Part shown: positions 18,425 through 27,256 of the stretch, piece by piece
Layout of the letters: each line of letters starts with the position of its first letter
Position numbering within the stretch: position 1 is the stretch's first letter
Assembly (NCBI GenBank): GCA_944391235.1
Contig: CALXSV010000117.1
Location: forward strand, 1-35,421
Direction: 5' to 3'
Length of the DNA: 35,421 bases
Source of the DNA: an uncultured Clostridia bacterium
GTDB lineage: Bacteria; Bacillota; Dehalobacteriia; UBA4068
Notes under the pieces: model-generated
What the model was told of the DNA's origin: nothing
The model's database searches: none
The model's input: only the letters and a program-made list of their open reading frames with translations
Translations under genes and position numbers: made by a program

Positions 18425-18473
18425 GAATTTGAGAGAATCTTAGAGAATAAGTCGTAGATAAATCCAAGAAGGG

Positions 18474-18500
18474 GCAGGAAAAATCATCTTTTCCGCGAAA
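18474..18500 (+). promoter_or_regulatory. Putative sigma-H promoter of minCDE
   Basis: GCAGGAAAA-11-CGCGAAA, close to RNAGGAWWW-N11/12-RNNGAAT. Confidence 0.45.
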
Positions 18501-18537
18501 TTAATTTAATTTGAAAGCTGTCATAAGGAGATCTTTT

Positions 18538-18909
18538 ATGAACAGAAAGTGGTCACAAAGTCTGGCCAATAAGCCAACATTATTATATGATAAAAGTTTG
18601 CGTTCCGGTCAGAATATCCATTTTGACGGCAATGTGGTGGTGCTTGGCGACGTTAATCCCGGCGCTGAAATTGTAGCCGGTGGGCATATTTTAGTGATGG
18701 GAGCCCTGCGCGGACTGGTACATGCTGGTGCTGCTGGGGACGAATCCGCTACTGTTACTGCTTTATGCTTTGAGCCCACCCAAGTCAGGATCGCCAGTCA
18801 TATCACCCGGCCTCCGGATGATAATGCCAACGGTGGCATAAAACCGCCGGAAGTCGCCCGTATTCGGGATGATAATGTGGTGATTGAAGAATATCAGCCG
18901 CCTAGATAA
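18538..18909 (+). CDS. minC: Septum site-determining protein MinC, C-terminal domain only (123 aa)
   Basis: AAGGAG then ATG 18538; SLRSGQ, VVLGDVNPGAEIVAGG, GALRGLVHAGA.GD, PTQVRIA, PEVARI. Confidence 0.9.
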   Translation: MNRKWSQSLANKPTLLYDKSLRSGQNIHFDGNVVVLGDVNPGAEIVAGGHILVMGALRGLVHAGAAGDESATVTALCFEPTQVRIASHITRPPDDNANGGIKPPEVARIRDDNVVIEEYQPPR

Positions 18910-18974
18910 GGTGGTGGAACCCTTGCAAGCAGGAAACCAATTCTTCCGTTATTAGGCGGAAAAGGAGGGTATAA

Positions 18975-19769
18975 ATGGGTAAAGTTATCGTTATTACATC
19001 CGGTAAGGGTGGCGTCGGCAAAACAACCACTACGGCCAACGTGGGAACTGCTCTAGCTATGCTGGGCAAAAAGGTTGTTATGGTAGATACGGATATCGGC
19101 CTGCGCAATCTGGATGTGGTTTTAGGGTTGGAAAACCGGATTGTTTATGATTTGGTGGATGCTGTACGCGGAAACTGCCGCTTAAAACAGGCGCTAATTA
19201 AGGATAAAAGAATCGAAAACCTGTTCTTGCTGCCGGCAGCGCAGACCAAGGATAAGACTGCCGTGTCTACCGACCAGATGGCAGAATTGTGCGAGAAATT
19301 AAAAGAAGAGTTTGATTTTGTGCTTATCGATTGCCCGGCTGGTATTGAGCATGGGTTTAAAAATGCCATTGCCGGTGCGGAGGAGGCGGTTGTAGTAACA
19401 ACCCCTGAGGTTTCTGCCGTACGTGATGCGGACCGCATCATTGGCCTGCTGGAAGCTGCGGGAATTACCGCGCCAGTTCTGGTGGTAAACCGTATTCGTA
19501 CCAATATGGTTAAAAGCGGCGATATGATGAGCGTAGAGGATATTTTGGATATCCTGGCCGTTGATTTGCTGGGTATTGTTCCAGATGACGATGCGATTGT
19601 TATCTCTACAAACCGCGGTGAACCCACAGTCTTTGATGACAACTCCCGTCCTGGCCTTGCCTTCCGCAATATTGCACGTCGTTTGGATGGGGAAAATGTG
19701 CCATTGATCAGCTTGGAAGAGAAGCAGGGCTTTTGGGGTCGGCTGAAACATATGTTCAAGTCAGAATAG
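18975..19769 (+). CDS. minD: Septum site-determining ATPase MinD
   Basis: SGKGGVGKTT, DIGLRNLD, DCPAGIE, C-terminal amphipathic GFWGRLKHMF. Confidence 0.98.
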   Translation: MGKVIVITSGKGGVGKTTTTANVGTALAMLGKKVVMVDTDIGLRNLDVVLGLENRIVYDLVDAVRGNCRLKQALIKDKRIENLFLLPAAQTKDKTAVSTDQMAELCEKLKEEFDFVLIDCPAGIEHGFKNAIAGAEEAVVVTTPEVSAVRDADRIIGLLEAAGITAPVLVVNRIRTNMVKSGDMMSVEDILDILAVDLLGIVPDDDAIVISTNRGEPTVFDDNSRPGLAFRNIARRLDGENVPLISLEEKQGFWGRLKHMFKSE

Positions 19770-19779
19770 GAGGGCTCAG

Positions 19780-20058
19780 ATGGGTTTAGCCAACATTATG
19801 TCACGTTTCTTTGGCAGGGAAGAGGAAGTCAATACGTCCAAGAACGAGGCTAAGAAGCGTCTGCGCCTGGTTTTGGTGCATGACCGCTTGGACATTTCTG
19901 AATCCATGATGGAAAATTTGCGGGAAGACCTGATTGCTACCATTGGTAAATATATGGAAATTGATCAGGATGCCCTAGATGTTACCTTGTCCCGCGAGGA
20001 TGAAGGGGTTGCTCTGGTTGCCAATATTCCGGTGTTGAACGTCAAACGTCAAGCCTGA
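19780..20058 (+). CDS. minE: Cell division topological specificity factor MinE
   Basis: SKNEAKKRLRLVLVHDR, LVANIP; follows minD. Confidence 0.96.
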   Translation: MGLANIMSRFFGREEEVNTSKNEAKKRLRLVLVHDRLDISESMMENLREDLIATIGKYMEIDQDALDVTLSREDEGVALVANIPVLNVKRQA

Positions 20059-20073
20059 TGCAGGATGCTTTCT

Positions 20074-20104
20074 ATCCGGGTGACCAAATGGTCACCCGGA
20101 TTTG
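20074..20104 (+). terminator. Terminator-like hairpin after minE
   Basis: ATCCGGGTGACC-aaat-GGTCACCCGGAT followed by TTGTT. Confidence 0.75.
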
Positions 20105-20137
20105 TTCGTTTGCAATCCGCAATTCACGAGGTTTTCA

Positions 20138-20935
20138 ATGATTATTGATATACATACCCACTGCTATCCGCAGCGTATTGCCCAGCATGTGCTGCGCGCT
20201 TCCGGTCGGAACAACAGTTTTCCCCCGGTGTGCGATGCTACTTTAGCTGGCACGCGCGCCTTGATGCAGGCCTGCGGTGTAGATAAATTTGCCTTGTTGC
20301 CGGTTGGGACTATGCCTTCCTGTCATAGCTCCAATCAGTTTTCCTGCGACCATGCCGATGAAATGATCATCCCCTTTGGCACTGTACACCCTGCTGCGGA
20401 GGATTTGGAGGGTGAGGTCGAACGACTGGCGCTTATGGGTTTGAAGGGCGTTAAATTACATCCACAGTATCAGCAAACCCTGATTTCTGATACGCGCTAT
20501 ATCCGTATTATCCGCCGGGCTGCTACATTGGGCCTGGTTGTTATCTTTCACGCTGGCATCGACCCGGAGCTGTCGCCTCCATGGTTGTCGTTGCCCTCTG
20601 ACATTGCCCGGTTATTGGATGTCGTAGAGGATACGGATGGTTTGGTGTTGATTGCTGCGCATCTAGGCGGCTTTGGTATGTTTGATGATGTGGAAAAGTA
20701 TTTGGTTGGCCGCAATCTTTACTTTGATACAGCTTGTATTGCGAAAAGCATTTCTGCTGCGCAGTATCGCCGTATCATTGAGCGGCATGGATATACGCGT
20801 ATTCTGTTTGGCAGTGATTGTCCCTGGCAGCGGCCGGATGTTAATATACAAGCCATCCGGCGTCTGGGTTTGCCCCAGGAACAGCTGGAGATGATTCTGG
20901 GCGGCAATGCGCAGCGTATTTTACATATACAATAA
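20138..20935 (+). CDS. Amidohydrolase_2 family metal-dependent hydrolase (paralog 1)
   Basis: IIDIHTH, GVKLHP, FHAG, AHLGG, YFDT, ILFGSDCPW. Confidence 0.88.
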   Translation: MIIDIHTHCYPQRIAQHVLRASGRNNSFPPVCDATLAGTRALMQACGVDKFALLPVGTMPSCHSSNQFSCDHADEMIIPFGTVHPAAEDLEGEVERLALMGLKGVKLHPQYQQTLISDTRYIRIIRRAATLGLVVIFHAGIDPELSPPWLSLPSDIARLLDVVEDTDGLVLIAAHLGGFGMFDDVEKYLVGRNLYFDTACIAKSISAAQYRRIIERHGYTRILFGSDCPWQRPDVNIQAIRRLGLPQEQLEMILGGNAQRILHIQ

Positions 20936-20963
20936 TAGATGATTTCTAAAAAGGTAGATAGCA

Positions 20964-21776
20964 ATGATTATAGATTTTCATACTCATATGTACCCAGATA
21001 ATGTTGCTAAGATTATTATGTCCCGTCTACCCAGACCCAGTGGCATTGTGCCTTCTACAGATGCCACATATGCCGGTACCAAGGCCAAGCTGCTGGAATG
21101 GGGCGTAGATAAGCATGTCATGCTGCCAGTTGGTACGCATCCGGATTGCAGTGCTCCCAATGCCTTTGCCGCCAGCATTGCGGATGACTATACCCTGTGC
21201 TTTGGTACGGTACATCCGCGCGCCAAGGATGTCGAAGCAGAGGTGGAGAAGGTCGCGGAGATGGGCTTGCGTGGGGTAAAGCTGCATCCTCAGTACCAGG
21301 GTGTGATCATCAATGACGCAGCCTATGTGCGCATAGTAAAACGCTGCGCGAAGTTGAAACTGCCAGTGCTTTTCCATACCGGCGCTGATCCGGGACGCCC
21401 TTATGCTCTGCTGGCTGAGCCGGAGGATATTGTCAAGCTGCTGAATATCGTTGAAGATTTGGATGGTCTGACCATGATTCTGCCGCATATGGGCGCGTTG
21501 ATGCAGTATGATGAAGTAGAGCGCCTATTGGTTGGCCGTAATGTTTATTTTGACACTTCTTTTTCCTGTGAGCATATTGACCCTGTGCAGTTTCGGCGTA
21601 TGATAGATAACCATGGCTACCAGCGTATTTTATATGGCAGTGATTGTCCCTGGATTAATGGTAAACTGTGTATTGAGGCTGTACGCGCCCTACACCTGCC
21701 AGCTGAGCAGGAGGAGGCTATCTTCTGGCGCAATGCGGCTCGTCTTCTTAAGCTTGATATCACAAGCCCAGATTAA
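20964..21776 (+). CDS. Amidohydrolase_2 family metal-dependent hydrolase (paralog 2)
   Basis: IIDFHTH, GVKLHP, FHTG, PHMG, YFDT, ILYGSDCPW. Confidence 0.88.
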   Translation: MIIDFHTHMYPDNVAKIIMSRLPRPSGIVPSTDATYAGTKAKLLEWGVDKHVMLPVGTHPDCSAPNAFAASIADDYTLCFGTVHPRAKDVEAEVEKVAEMGLRGVKLHPQYQGVIINDAAYVRIVKRCAKLKLPVLFHTGADPGRPYALLAEPEDIVKLLNIVEDLDGLTMILPHMGALMQYDEVERLLVGRNVYFDTSFSCEHIDPVQFRRMIDNHGYQRILYGSDCPWINGKLCIEAVRALHLPAEQEEAIFWRNAARLLKLDITSPD

Positions 21777-21802
21777 ACCGCATTTCCTGAAAACTCCAAT
21801 CT

Positions 21803-21829
21803 AACGGCGACCCACGGGCCGCCGTTTTT
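21803..21829 (+). terminator. Intrinsic terminator after the amidohydrolase pair
   Basis: AACGGCGACCC-AC-GGGCCGCCGTTTTT, an imperfect GC-rich stem plus U-tract. Confidence 0.65.
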
Positions 21830-21831
21830 CC

Positions 21832-21860
21832 TTGGCTTTATCCTTTGCATCTGCTATAAT
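21832..21860 (+). promoter_or_regulatory. Sigma-A promoter of smc-ftsY (TTGGCT-17-TATAAT, extended -10)
   Basis: TGcTATAAT ending at 21860; TTGGCT 17 nt upstream of the -10. Confidence 0.65.
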
Positions 21861-21887
21861 GATGCATAGACGAGTTGGGAGGCCACC

Positions 21888-24800
21888 ATGTACCTTAAAA
21901 GCATTGAGTTAAATGGATTTAAATCTTTTCCTACAAAAACAAGGCTGGATTTTGAGCCGGGCATCAGTTGTATTGTCGGTCCCAATGGCAGCGGTAAGAG
22001 CAATCTTATCGATGCTTTGCGTTGGGTGCTGGGTGAAACTAGTGCACGCTCCATTCGTGGTGGCAAAATGGAAGATGTAATCTTTTCCGGTAGCAGCAAA
22101 CGCCGGCCGTTGGGTATGGCTGAGGTTAGTCTGATTCTGGATAATAGCGATGGTTATCTGCCCTTGGATTTTTCGGAAATCAGTGTAACGCGTCGCGTAA
22201 CCCGCAATGGGGGCAGTGAATACTTTATCAATGGCAAAGCCTGCCGTCTGAAAGAGCTGCGTGAGCTGTTTGTTGATACGGGCATTGGTGTAGATGGCTT
22301 ATCCGTGATTACGCAGGGCCGTATTAATGAGTTGATTTCCGCACGTCCAGAGGAAAGGCGTGCATTGGTGGAAGAGGCTGCTGGTATCATCAAGTACCGC
22401 GACCGCAAGTTGGAGGCGGGGCGTCGACTGGCTGAAACCGAGCGCCATTTGGAGCGGCTGGGTGATATTATCAACGAGCTGTCCTCCCGCGTGGAGCCGC
22501 TGCGTCTTCAAGCGGAAAAGGCAGAAAAATTCCGCACTTTGCGGCAGGAAGAGGACCAGCTGGAAATTGGTGTTTCTGTCAAGATTTTGAGTGAGGCCAA
22601 TGACAAGATTACAGCTTTAACCACACAGATAGATGAAAAAAACCAGGCAGTTGTGGCTGACGAAAGTCAGCGTCTCAGTCTGGCTGCGGAGGCGGAAAAA
22701 CTCCGACTGTCTATCGCGGGTCTAGATGATCAAGTAAGCCGGGCTAATGAGCAGTATTATCATTTGCAGACGATGCGTGAAAAGGCTGAAGGGGATCGGC
22801 GATTGGCGGAGGTAAGTTTGGCCAATAGTGAAGAAAGCTGCACTCGTCTGCAACGTGAATTAACGCAGCTGGAGGCGCAGCTACACAGCCGGCAGGAAGA
22901 ATACGAGCAGCTGTCTGCACATATCAGCCGTACGGAGCAGGAGATGGCGGAGCAGGAGCGGCTTGTTCTCTCCGGAGAAGGCGGCGATGCAGATCTGTCT
23001 GAGCGCACAGCTGCTTTGGCAGAGCTGTTGTCACGGCTTAACCGGGAAAACAGTAGTTTAAACTCTGAGCTAGCTTCCGCAACGAGCAAATACGAGTTCC
23101 GGCAGGAACAGTTAACAAAAAATAAGGAAAATTTGGCACGTCTGAACGGGGAAAGCGAGCGTCTTTCCGCTGCGCTTACTGAGGCAACTGATGCGGCCGC
23201 GTCTTTAGATAAGGAAATAGACAGACTGGAGCAGGCGCATAAGGAAAAAACAGCAGCCCTACAGGAAAACGAGCTAGAATTGAAACGCCTTATGCAGCGC
23301 ACGCAGGATTTGGCAGCGCGTCAGGCGGACGCACATTTTCGTGTCCATTCCGCAGCCACCCGGCTGAATATGCTTAATGAAATGGCGGCTGGCTATGAAG
23401 GATTTTTCCCTGGTGTTAAGGCCTTAATGGCAGCGAACCGCAAAGGCAAGGCTCCCGCAGGCTTGATCGGTGTGGTGGCGGAGTTGATAAATGTTCCGCC
23501 AGTATACCGTGTGGCATTGGAAGCGCATTTGGGCTCCAATTTACAAAATATTGTCTGTGAAAACGCCGCAGCCGCGCGGGCTGCTGTGGAGTATCTTAAA
23601 CGCAATAAGCTGGGCCGCGCTACGTTTCTTCCCTTAGACATATTAAAAGTAAGAGAGCCTGCGGATCTGTCCCGCGCTTTGGGGCTTCCTGGGGTACACG
23701 GCCGGGCCAGTGAATTGGTTGAGGTAGATTCACGTTTGCGCCCAGCTGTGGATTTTCTGCTTAACAGCGTACTGGTGGTCGAAAACATGGAGTCAGCCCT
23801 AGCTGCGGCAAAGGCTTTAAAATACCGCGTTAGCGTTGTTACATTGGAAGGGGATCATGTGAACCCTGGCGCCTCCATTTCCGGTGGTAGCCGCGGCGCT
23901 AAAAGCGGTGAACTGCTTTCACAGAAAAGCAAAATTGATGATGCGCAGCAAAAATTGTCTGTGGCTAAGGAAGAAGAGCAAGCTGCGGATCAACAACTGA
24001 ATCAGGCGCGTGAGCAAGCGCAGCAGGTCAATAAGAAAAATGACAATCTCAGTACGATTGTGCGCGATTTGAACGTGCGTCTTAGCGATAGCGTACAGCA
24101 AAAAGAGCAATTGCTCTTCCGTAGGCAAACTATGCTGGAGCGTTATGACGAGCTTCTGGTGGATGTGGAAACTTTACATCAGGAAATCCAGCTGCTAAGT
24201 ACGGAGGTGGGAAGCGCAGAAGGTATCGTTGCCTCGTTGCAGCAACAGCAGCAAGCGCTGACTGAGCAGATTGCTACGGTGCAGGAGGATTTGACACAGG
24301 CGGAGGATGCTTTGAGCCGTAGCCGGCAGGATGTGACGGAAAGTCGGGTGGCGCTTGCCGCCTCCAAACAAAAGCTGCGTGGACAGAGGATTTCTTTGGA
24401 AAAACTGCAGACAGATCTTACCGATTTAGGCTGGGAGGCAGAGGAGCGTTCTACGGATTTGCAGGCTGCCCAGCAGCAGGCTGCTGTAGCTGGTCAGGCC
24501 ATTGAGACTGCCGATGAACAGCTCAAGGAGCTGGGCTTACGGTTGTCGGATGCAGAGCAGAAGCTCGAGCAATGCCGACATGGACTGGCCGCAGAAAGTG
24601 CCCGGCTGAATGAGTTGGATAAGGCGGACCGCGAGCATCTGCGCCATCAGGATAAAATAAAGAATGAACTGCATCAGCTGGAAATCCGGCGGGAGCGCTG
24701 GCAGGCTGATTTTGAAAATGAATCAGCCAAGCTTGCTGAAAAGTTTTCTTTGGATTTGGTCGCAGCACGCCAACGCGTTGGAGAGACGCCTGCCCGTACG

Positions 24801-25460
24801 GTAATGCTTAGCCGGCTTACACAGCTGCGCCGTGAGATTGCCGCTTTAGGCAATGTAAATATTGACGCTATTGAGGAGTATCGGGAGGTCAGTGCACGCT
24901 ATACCTTTCTCAGCGGGCAACGCGAGGATATGCTAGCAGCAAAGGAGCAGCTCAATGATGTTATTCGCGAGATGAACAGCGTAATGGCCAGCCGCTTCCG
25001 AACTACTTTTGCACAATTGAGCGAGGCCTTTCATAACAGCTTTGTTCGTTTGTTTGGCGGTGGCAGAGCACAGTTGCTGTTGTCGGATGCAGAGGATATT
25101 TTAGAAACCGGTGTGGAAATCAGCGTATCTCTGCCTGGGAAAAAGGTATCGAATTACAATTTGCTGTCCGGCGGTGAAAAATCTTTGGTGGGCATTGCCT
25201 TGATGTTTGCCATGCTTACGGTACGCACTACGCCGTTTTGCGTATTGGACGAAGTGGACGCTGCTTTGGATGAGGCAAACATCGATCGCTATACTGCCTT
25301 TTTAACGGATAGAGCGAGCAGCAATCAGTTTATTATGATTTCTCACCGTCAGTCTACTATGGAAGCCGCCTCTTCCTTATGGGGGGTAACAATGGCAGAG
25401 GAAGGGGTTAGCCGGGTTATTAGCGTGCGGCTAACAGAAAGCGGTTATGAAGCCGAATAA
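21888..25460 (+). CDS. smc: Chromosome segregation protein SMC
   Basis: GFKSF, GPNGSGKSN, long coiled coils, hinge GRATFLPL, LSGGEK, LDEVDAALD; 1190 aa. Confidence 0.99.
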   Translation: MYLKSIELNGFKSFPTKTRLDFEPGISCIVGPNGSGKSNLIDALRWVLGETSARSIRGGKMEDVIFSGSSKRRPLGMAEVSLILDNSDGYLPLDFSEISVTRRVTRNGGSEYFINGKACRLKELRELFVDTGIGVDGLSVITQGRINELISARPEERRALVEEAAGIIKYRDRKLEAGRRLAETERHLERLGDIINELSSRVEPLRLQAEKAEKFRTLRQEEDQLEIGVSVKILSEANDKITALTTQIDEKNQAVVADESQRLSLAAEAEKLRLSIAGLDDQVSRANEQYYHLQTMREKAEGDRRLAEVSLANSEESCTRLQRELTQLEAQLHSRQEEYEQLSAHISRTEQEMAEQERLVLSGEGGDADLSERTAALAELLSRLNRENSSLNSELASATSKYEFRQEQLTKNKENLARLNGESERLSAALTEATDAAASLDKEIDRLEQAHKEKTAALQENELELKRLMQRTQDLAARQADAHFRVHSAATRLNMLNEMAAGYEGFFPGVKALMAANRKGKAPAGLIGVVAELINVPPVYRVALEAHLGSNLQNIVCENAAAARAAVEYLKRNKLGRATFLPLDILKVREPADLSRALGLPGVHGRASELVEVDSRLRPAVDFLLNSVLVVENMESALAAAKALKYRVSVVTLEGDHVNPGASISGGSRGAKSGELLSQKSKIDDAQQKLSVAKEEEQAADQQLNQAREQAQQVNKKNDNLSTIVRDLNVRLSDSVQQKEQLLFRRQTMLERYDELLVDVETLHQEIQLLSTEVGSAEGIVASLQQQQQALTEQIATVQEDLTQAEDALSRSRQDVTESRVALAASKQKLRGQRISLEKLQTDLTDLGWEAEERSTDLQAAQQQAAVAGQAIETADEQLKELGLRLSDAEQKLEQCRHGLAAESARLNELDKADREHLRHQDKIKNELHQLEIRRERWQADFENESAKLAEKFSLDLVAARQRVGETPARTVMLSRLTQLRREIAALGNVNIDAIEEYREVSARYTFLSGQREDMLAAKEQLNDVIREMNSVMASRFRTTFAQLSEAFHNSFVRLFGGGRAQLLLSDAEDILETGVEISVSLPGKKVSNYNLLSGGEKSLVGIALMFAMLTVRTTPFCVLDEVDAALDEANIDRYTAFLTDRASSNQFIMISHRQSTMEAASSLWGVTMAEEGVSRVISVRLTESGYEAE

Positions 25461-25477
25461 AGAGAGGAGTATGTGGA

Positions 25478-26392
25478 ATGGGGTTTTTTAGTCGGATTAG
25501 TGAAGGGCTTGCGCGTACGCGCAACAGCTTTACCAATGGAGTGAAATCCATTTTTTCCGGACGAGTGGATGAAGATTTTTTTGAGGAGCTATTTGATGCC
25601 TTGATTCAGGCCGATGTGGGCGTACAGACCTCGGATAAGCTGACGGAGCGGCTGCGTGAGCGTGCTAAAGCAGAAAAAATTCGTGAGCGGGAGCAGCTAT
25701 GGTCTATTTTGGAAGAGGAGATTACGGCAATTTTAAGCACGGACAAAGGCGGTGGAATTGCTCTGGATGCGGATAAACTGAATGTGATTATGATGATTGG
25801 CGTTAATGGTGCTGGTAAAACCACTACCATTGGAAAACTGGCTGCACGTTATAAGGCGGAGGGTAAGCGCGTGCTTTTGGCTGCCGCTGATACTTACCGT
25901 GCAGCTGCGGCCGACCAGTTGGAAGGCTGGGCCAAACGTGTGGATGTTCCGCTTATTCGCCAGGGTGAGGGTGCTGACGCTGCAGCTGTGGTCTTTGATG
26001 CGGTGGCTGCGGCCCATGCGCGCAAAATAGACGTATTGATTGTGGATACGGCAGGACGTTTGCAGAATAAAACAAACCTTATGTCGGAATTGGCAAAAGT
26101 GGGCCGTGTTATCGCGCGTGAAGCGCCAGAGGCAAAGGTTCAGCATATGCTGGTGGTAGACGGCGGCACAGGGCAAAACGCCATTTCCCAGGCCCGGGAG
26201 TTTTCGGCTGTTGTACCCTTATCTGGAATTATTATTACTAAGCTAGATGGCTCTGCCAAAGGTGGGGCTGTTATTGGCATTGTGGATGAAATTAAACTGC
26301 CAATCAAACTGATTGGCGTGGGCGAAAAAGTAGAGGATTTGCGTGATTTTGTGGCAGAGGAATACGCCCATGCTCTATTTAATCATGCATAA
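25478..26392 (+). CDS. ftsY: Signal recognition particle receptor FtsY
   Basis: GVNGAGKTTTIGKLA, DTYRAAA, DTAGRL, TKLDGSAKGG. Confidence 0.98.
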   Translation: MGFFSRISEGLARTRNSFTNGVKSIFSGRVDEDFFEELFDALIQADVGVQTSDKLTERLRERAKAEKIREREQLWSILEEEITAILSTDKGGGIALDADKLNVIMMIGVNGAGKTTTIGKLAARYKAEGKRVLLAAADTYRAAAADQLEGWAKRVDVPLIRQGEGADAAAVVFDAVAAAHARKIDVLIVDTAGRLQNKTNLMSELAKVGRVIAREAPEAKVQHMLVVDGGTGQNAISQAREFSAVVPLSGIIITKLDGSAKGGAVIGIVDEIKLPIKLIGVGEKVEDLRDFVAEEYAHALFNHA

Positions 26393-26423
26393 TAGAATTT
26401 GTTCTATACTATTTTTATTGTCG

Positions 26424-26450
26424 GCAGGAATAGGCCCGGCAATATGGAAT
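26424..26450 (+). promoter_or_regulatory. Putative sigma-H promoter of hpf
   Basis: GCAGGAATA-11-ATGGAAT is an exact match to RNAGGAWWW-N11-RNNGAAT; B. subtilis hpf (yvyD) is sigma-H dependent. Confidence 0.65.
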
Positions 26451-26503
26451 TATAAACATAAGCAACATGTAGGAAACAGAATAATTGCAAAGAGGTGAAT
26501 CGT

Positions 26504-27025
26504 ATGCAAGTAAACTTTAAAGCTAGAAATATGGAAATCTCTGAATCAATTAGCGAGTATGCGATCAAAAGACTTTCTAAATTTGATAAACTGATTGGTG
26601 CAGACGAGGCATTTGTCACCATGCGCTCTATTAAGGATCGTTACCGTGTTGAGGTTTCCATTCCGTATCATGGAATAACGATTCGCGGTGAAGAGGAAGG
26701 CTACGATATGTATGCCTGTATTGACCTCGTAACAGATAAGCTTGAAAGCCAGATTCATAAATATCGCAGCCGTTTGATTAAGCGTGGACGCAATCGCGAC
26801 ACAGTCCCTCCGGTGGAGACGGTCGCTGATGAGTGGGTTGAAGATGTGGTTCCGGTAAGGGAAAAAACCTTTTCCACCAAACCCATGACAACCGAAGAAG
26901 CTATTATGCAGATGAACCTGCTTTCGCATTCCTTCTTCGCTTATGTCAGCAGCGATACCAAGGCTGTTAATGTTGTCTATCGTCGCAATGACGGCGGTTA
27001 TGGTCTGCTGGTTCCTGAGCGCTAA
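26504..27025 (+). CDS. hpf: Ribosome hibernation promoting factor (long HPF)
   Basis: DMYACIDLVTDKLESQIHKYR, KPMTTEEAIMQMNLL.H.FF, VVYRRNDGGYGL; GAGGTG RBS. Confidence 0.95.
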   Translation: MQVNFKARNMEISESISEYAIKRLSKFDKLIGADEAFVTMRSIKDRYRVEVSIPYHGITIRGEEEGYDMYACIDLVTDKLESQIHKYRSRLIKRGRNRDTVPPVETVADEWVEDVVPVREKTFSTKPMTTEEAIMQMNLLSHSFFAYVSSDTKAVNVVYRRNDGGYGLLVPER

Positions 27026-27059
27026 GCAATAGAGCGAGCAGCGGCTTTTAGAGATATTT

Positions 27060-27090
27060 CAGGGAACGACTACAAGTCGTTCCCTGTTTC
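27060..27090 (+). terminator. Intrinsic terminator after hpf
   Basis: CAGGGAACGACT-aca-AGTCGTTCCCTG-TTT, a perfect 12-bp stem. Confidence 0.8.
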
Positions 27091-27256
27091 TGCTTTTGCT
27101 GTAGTACAACAGGGGCAAATTGCTTCCTGAAGATTTAGTGAATACCTGATGTAATTTGCCGCCAGATGTGCTATTATAAAAAATAGCACGAGCAGGAAAA
27201 GGTAGTACCGTGCAGAAAACAATAAAAGTTTAATGCTATTTTGAAGGAGAACTATT

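Noticed and set aside
21888-25460. SMC as part of a Wadjet/MksBEF or other defence system
   Set aside because: Canonical hinge-containing SMC followed by ftsY, with no jet/mks partner genes.
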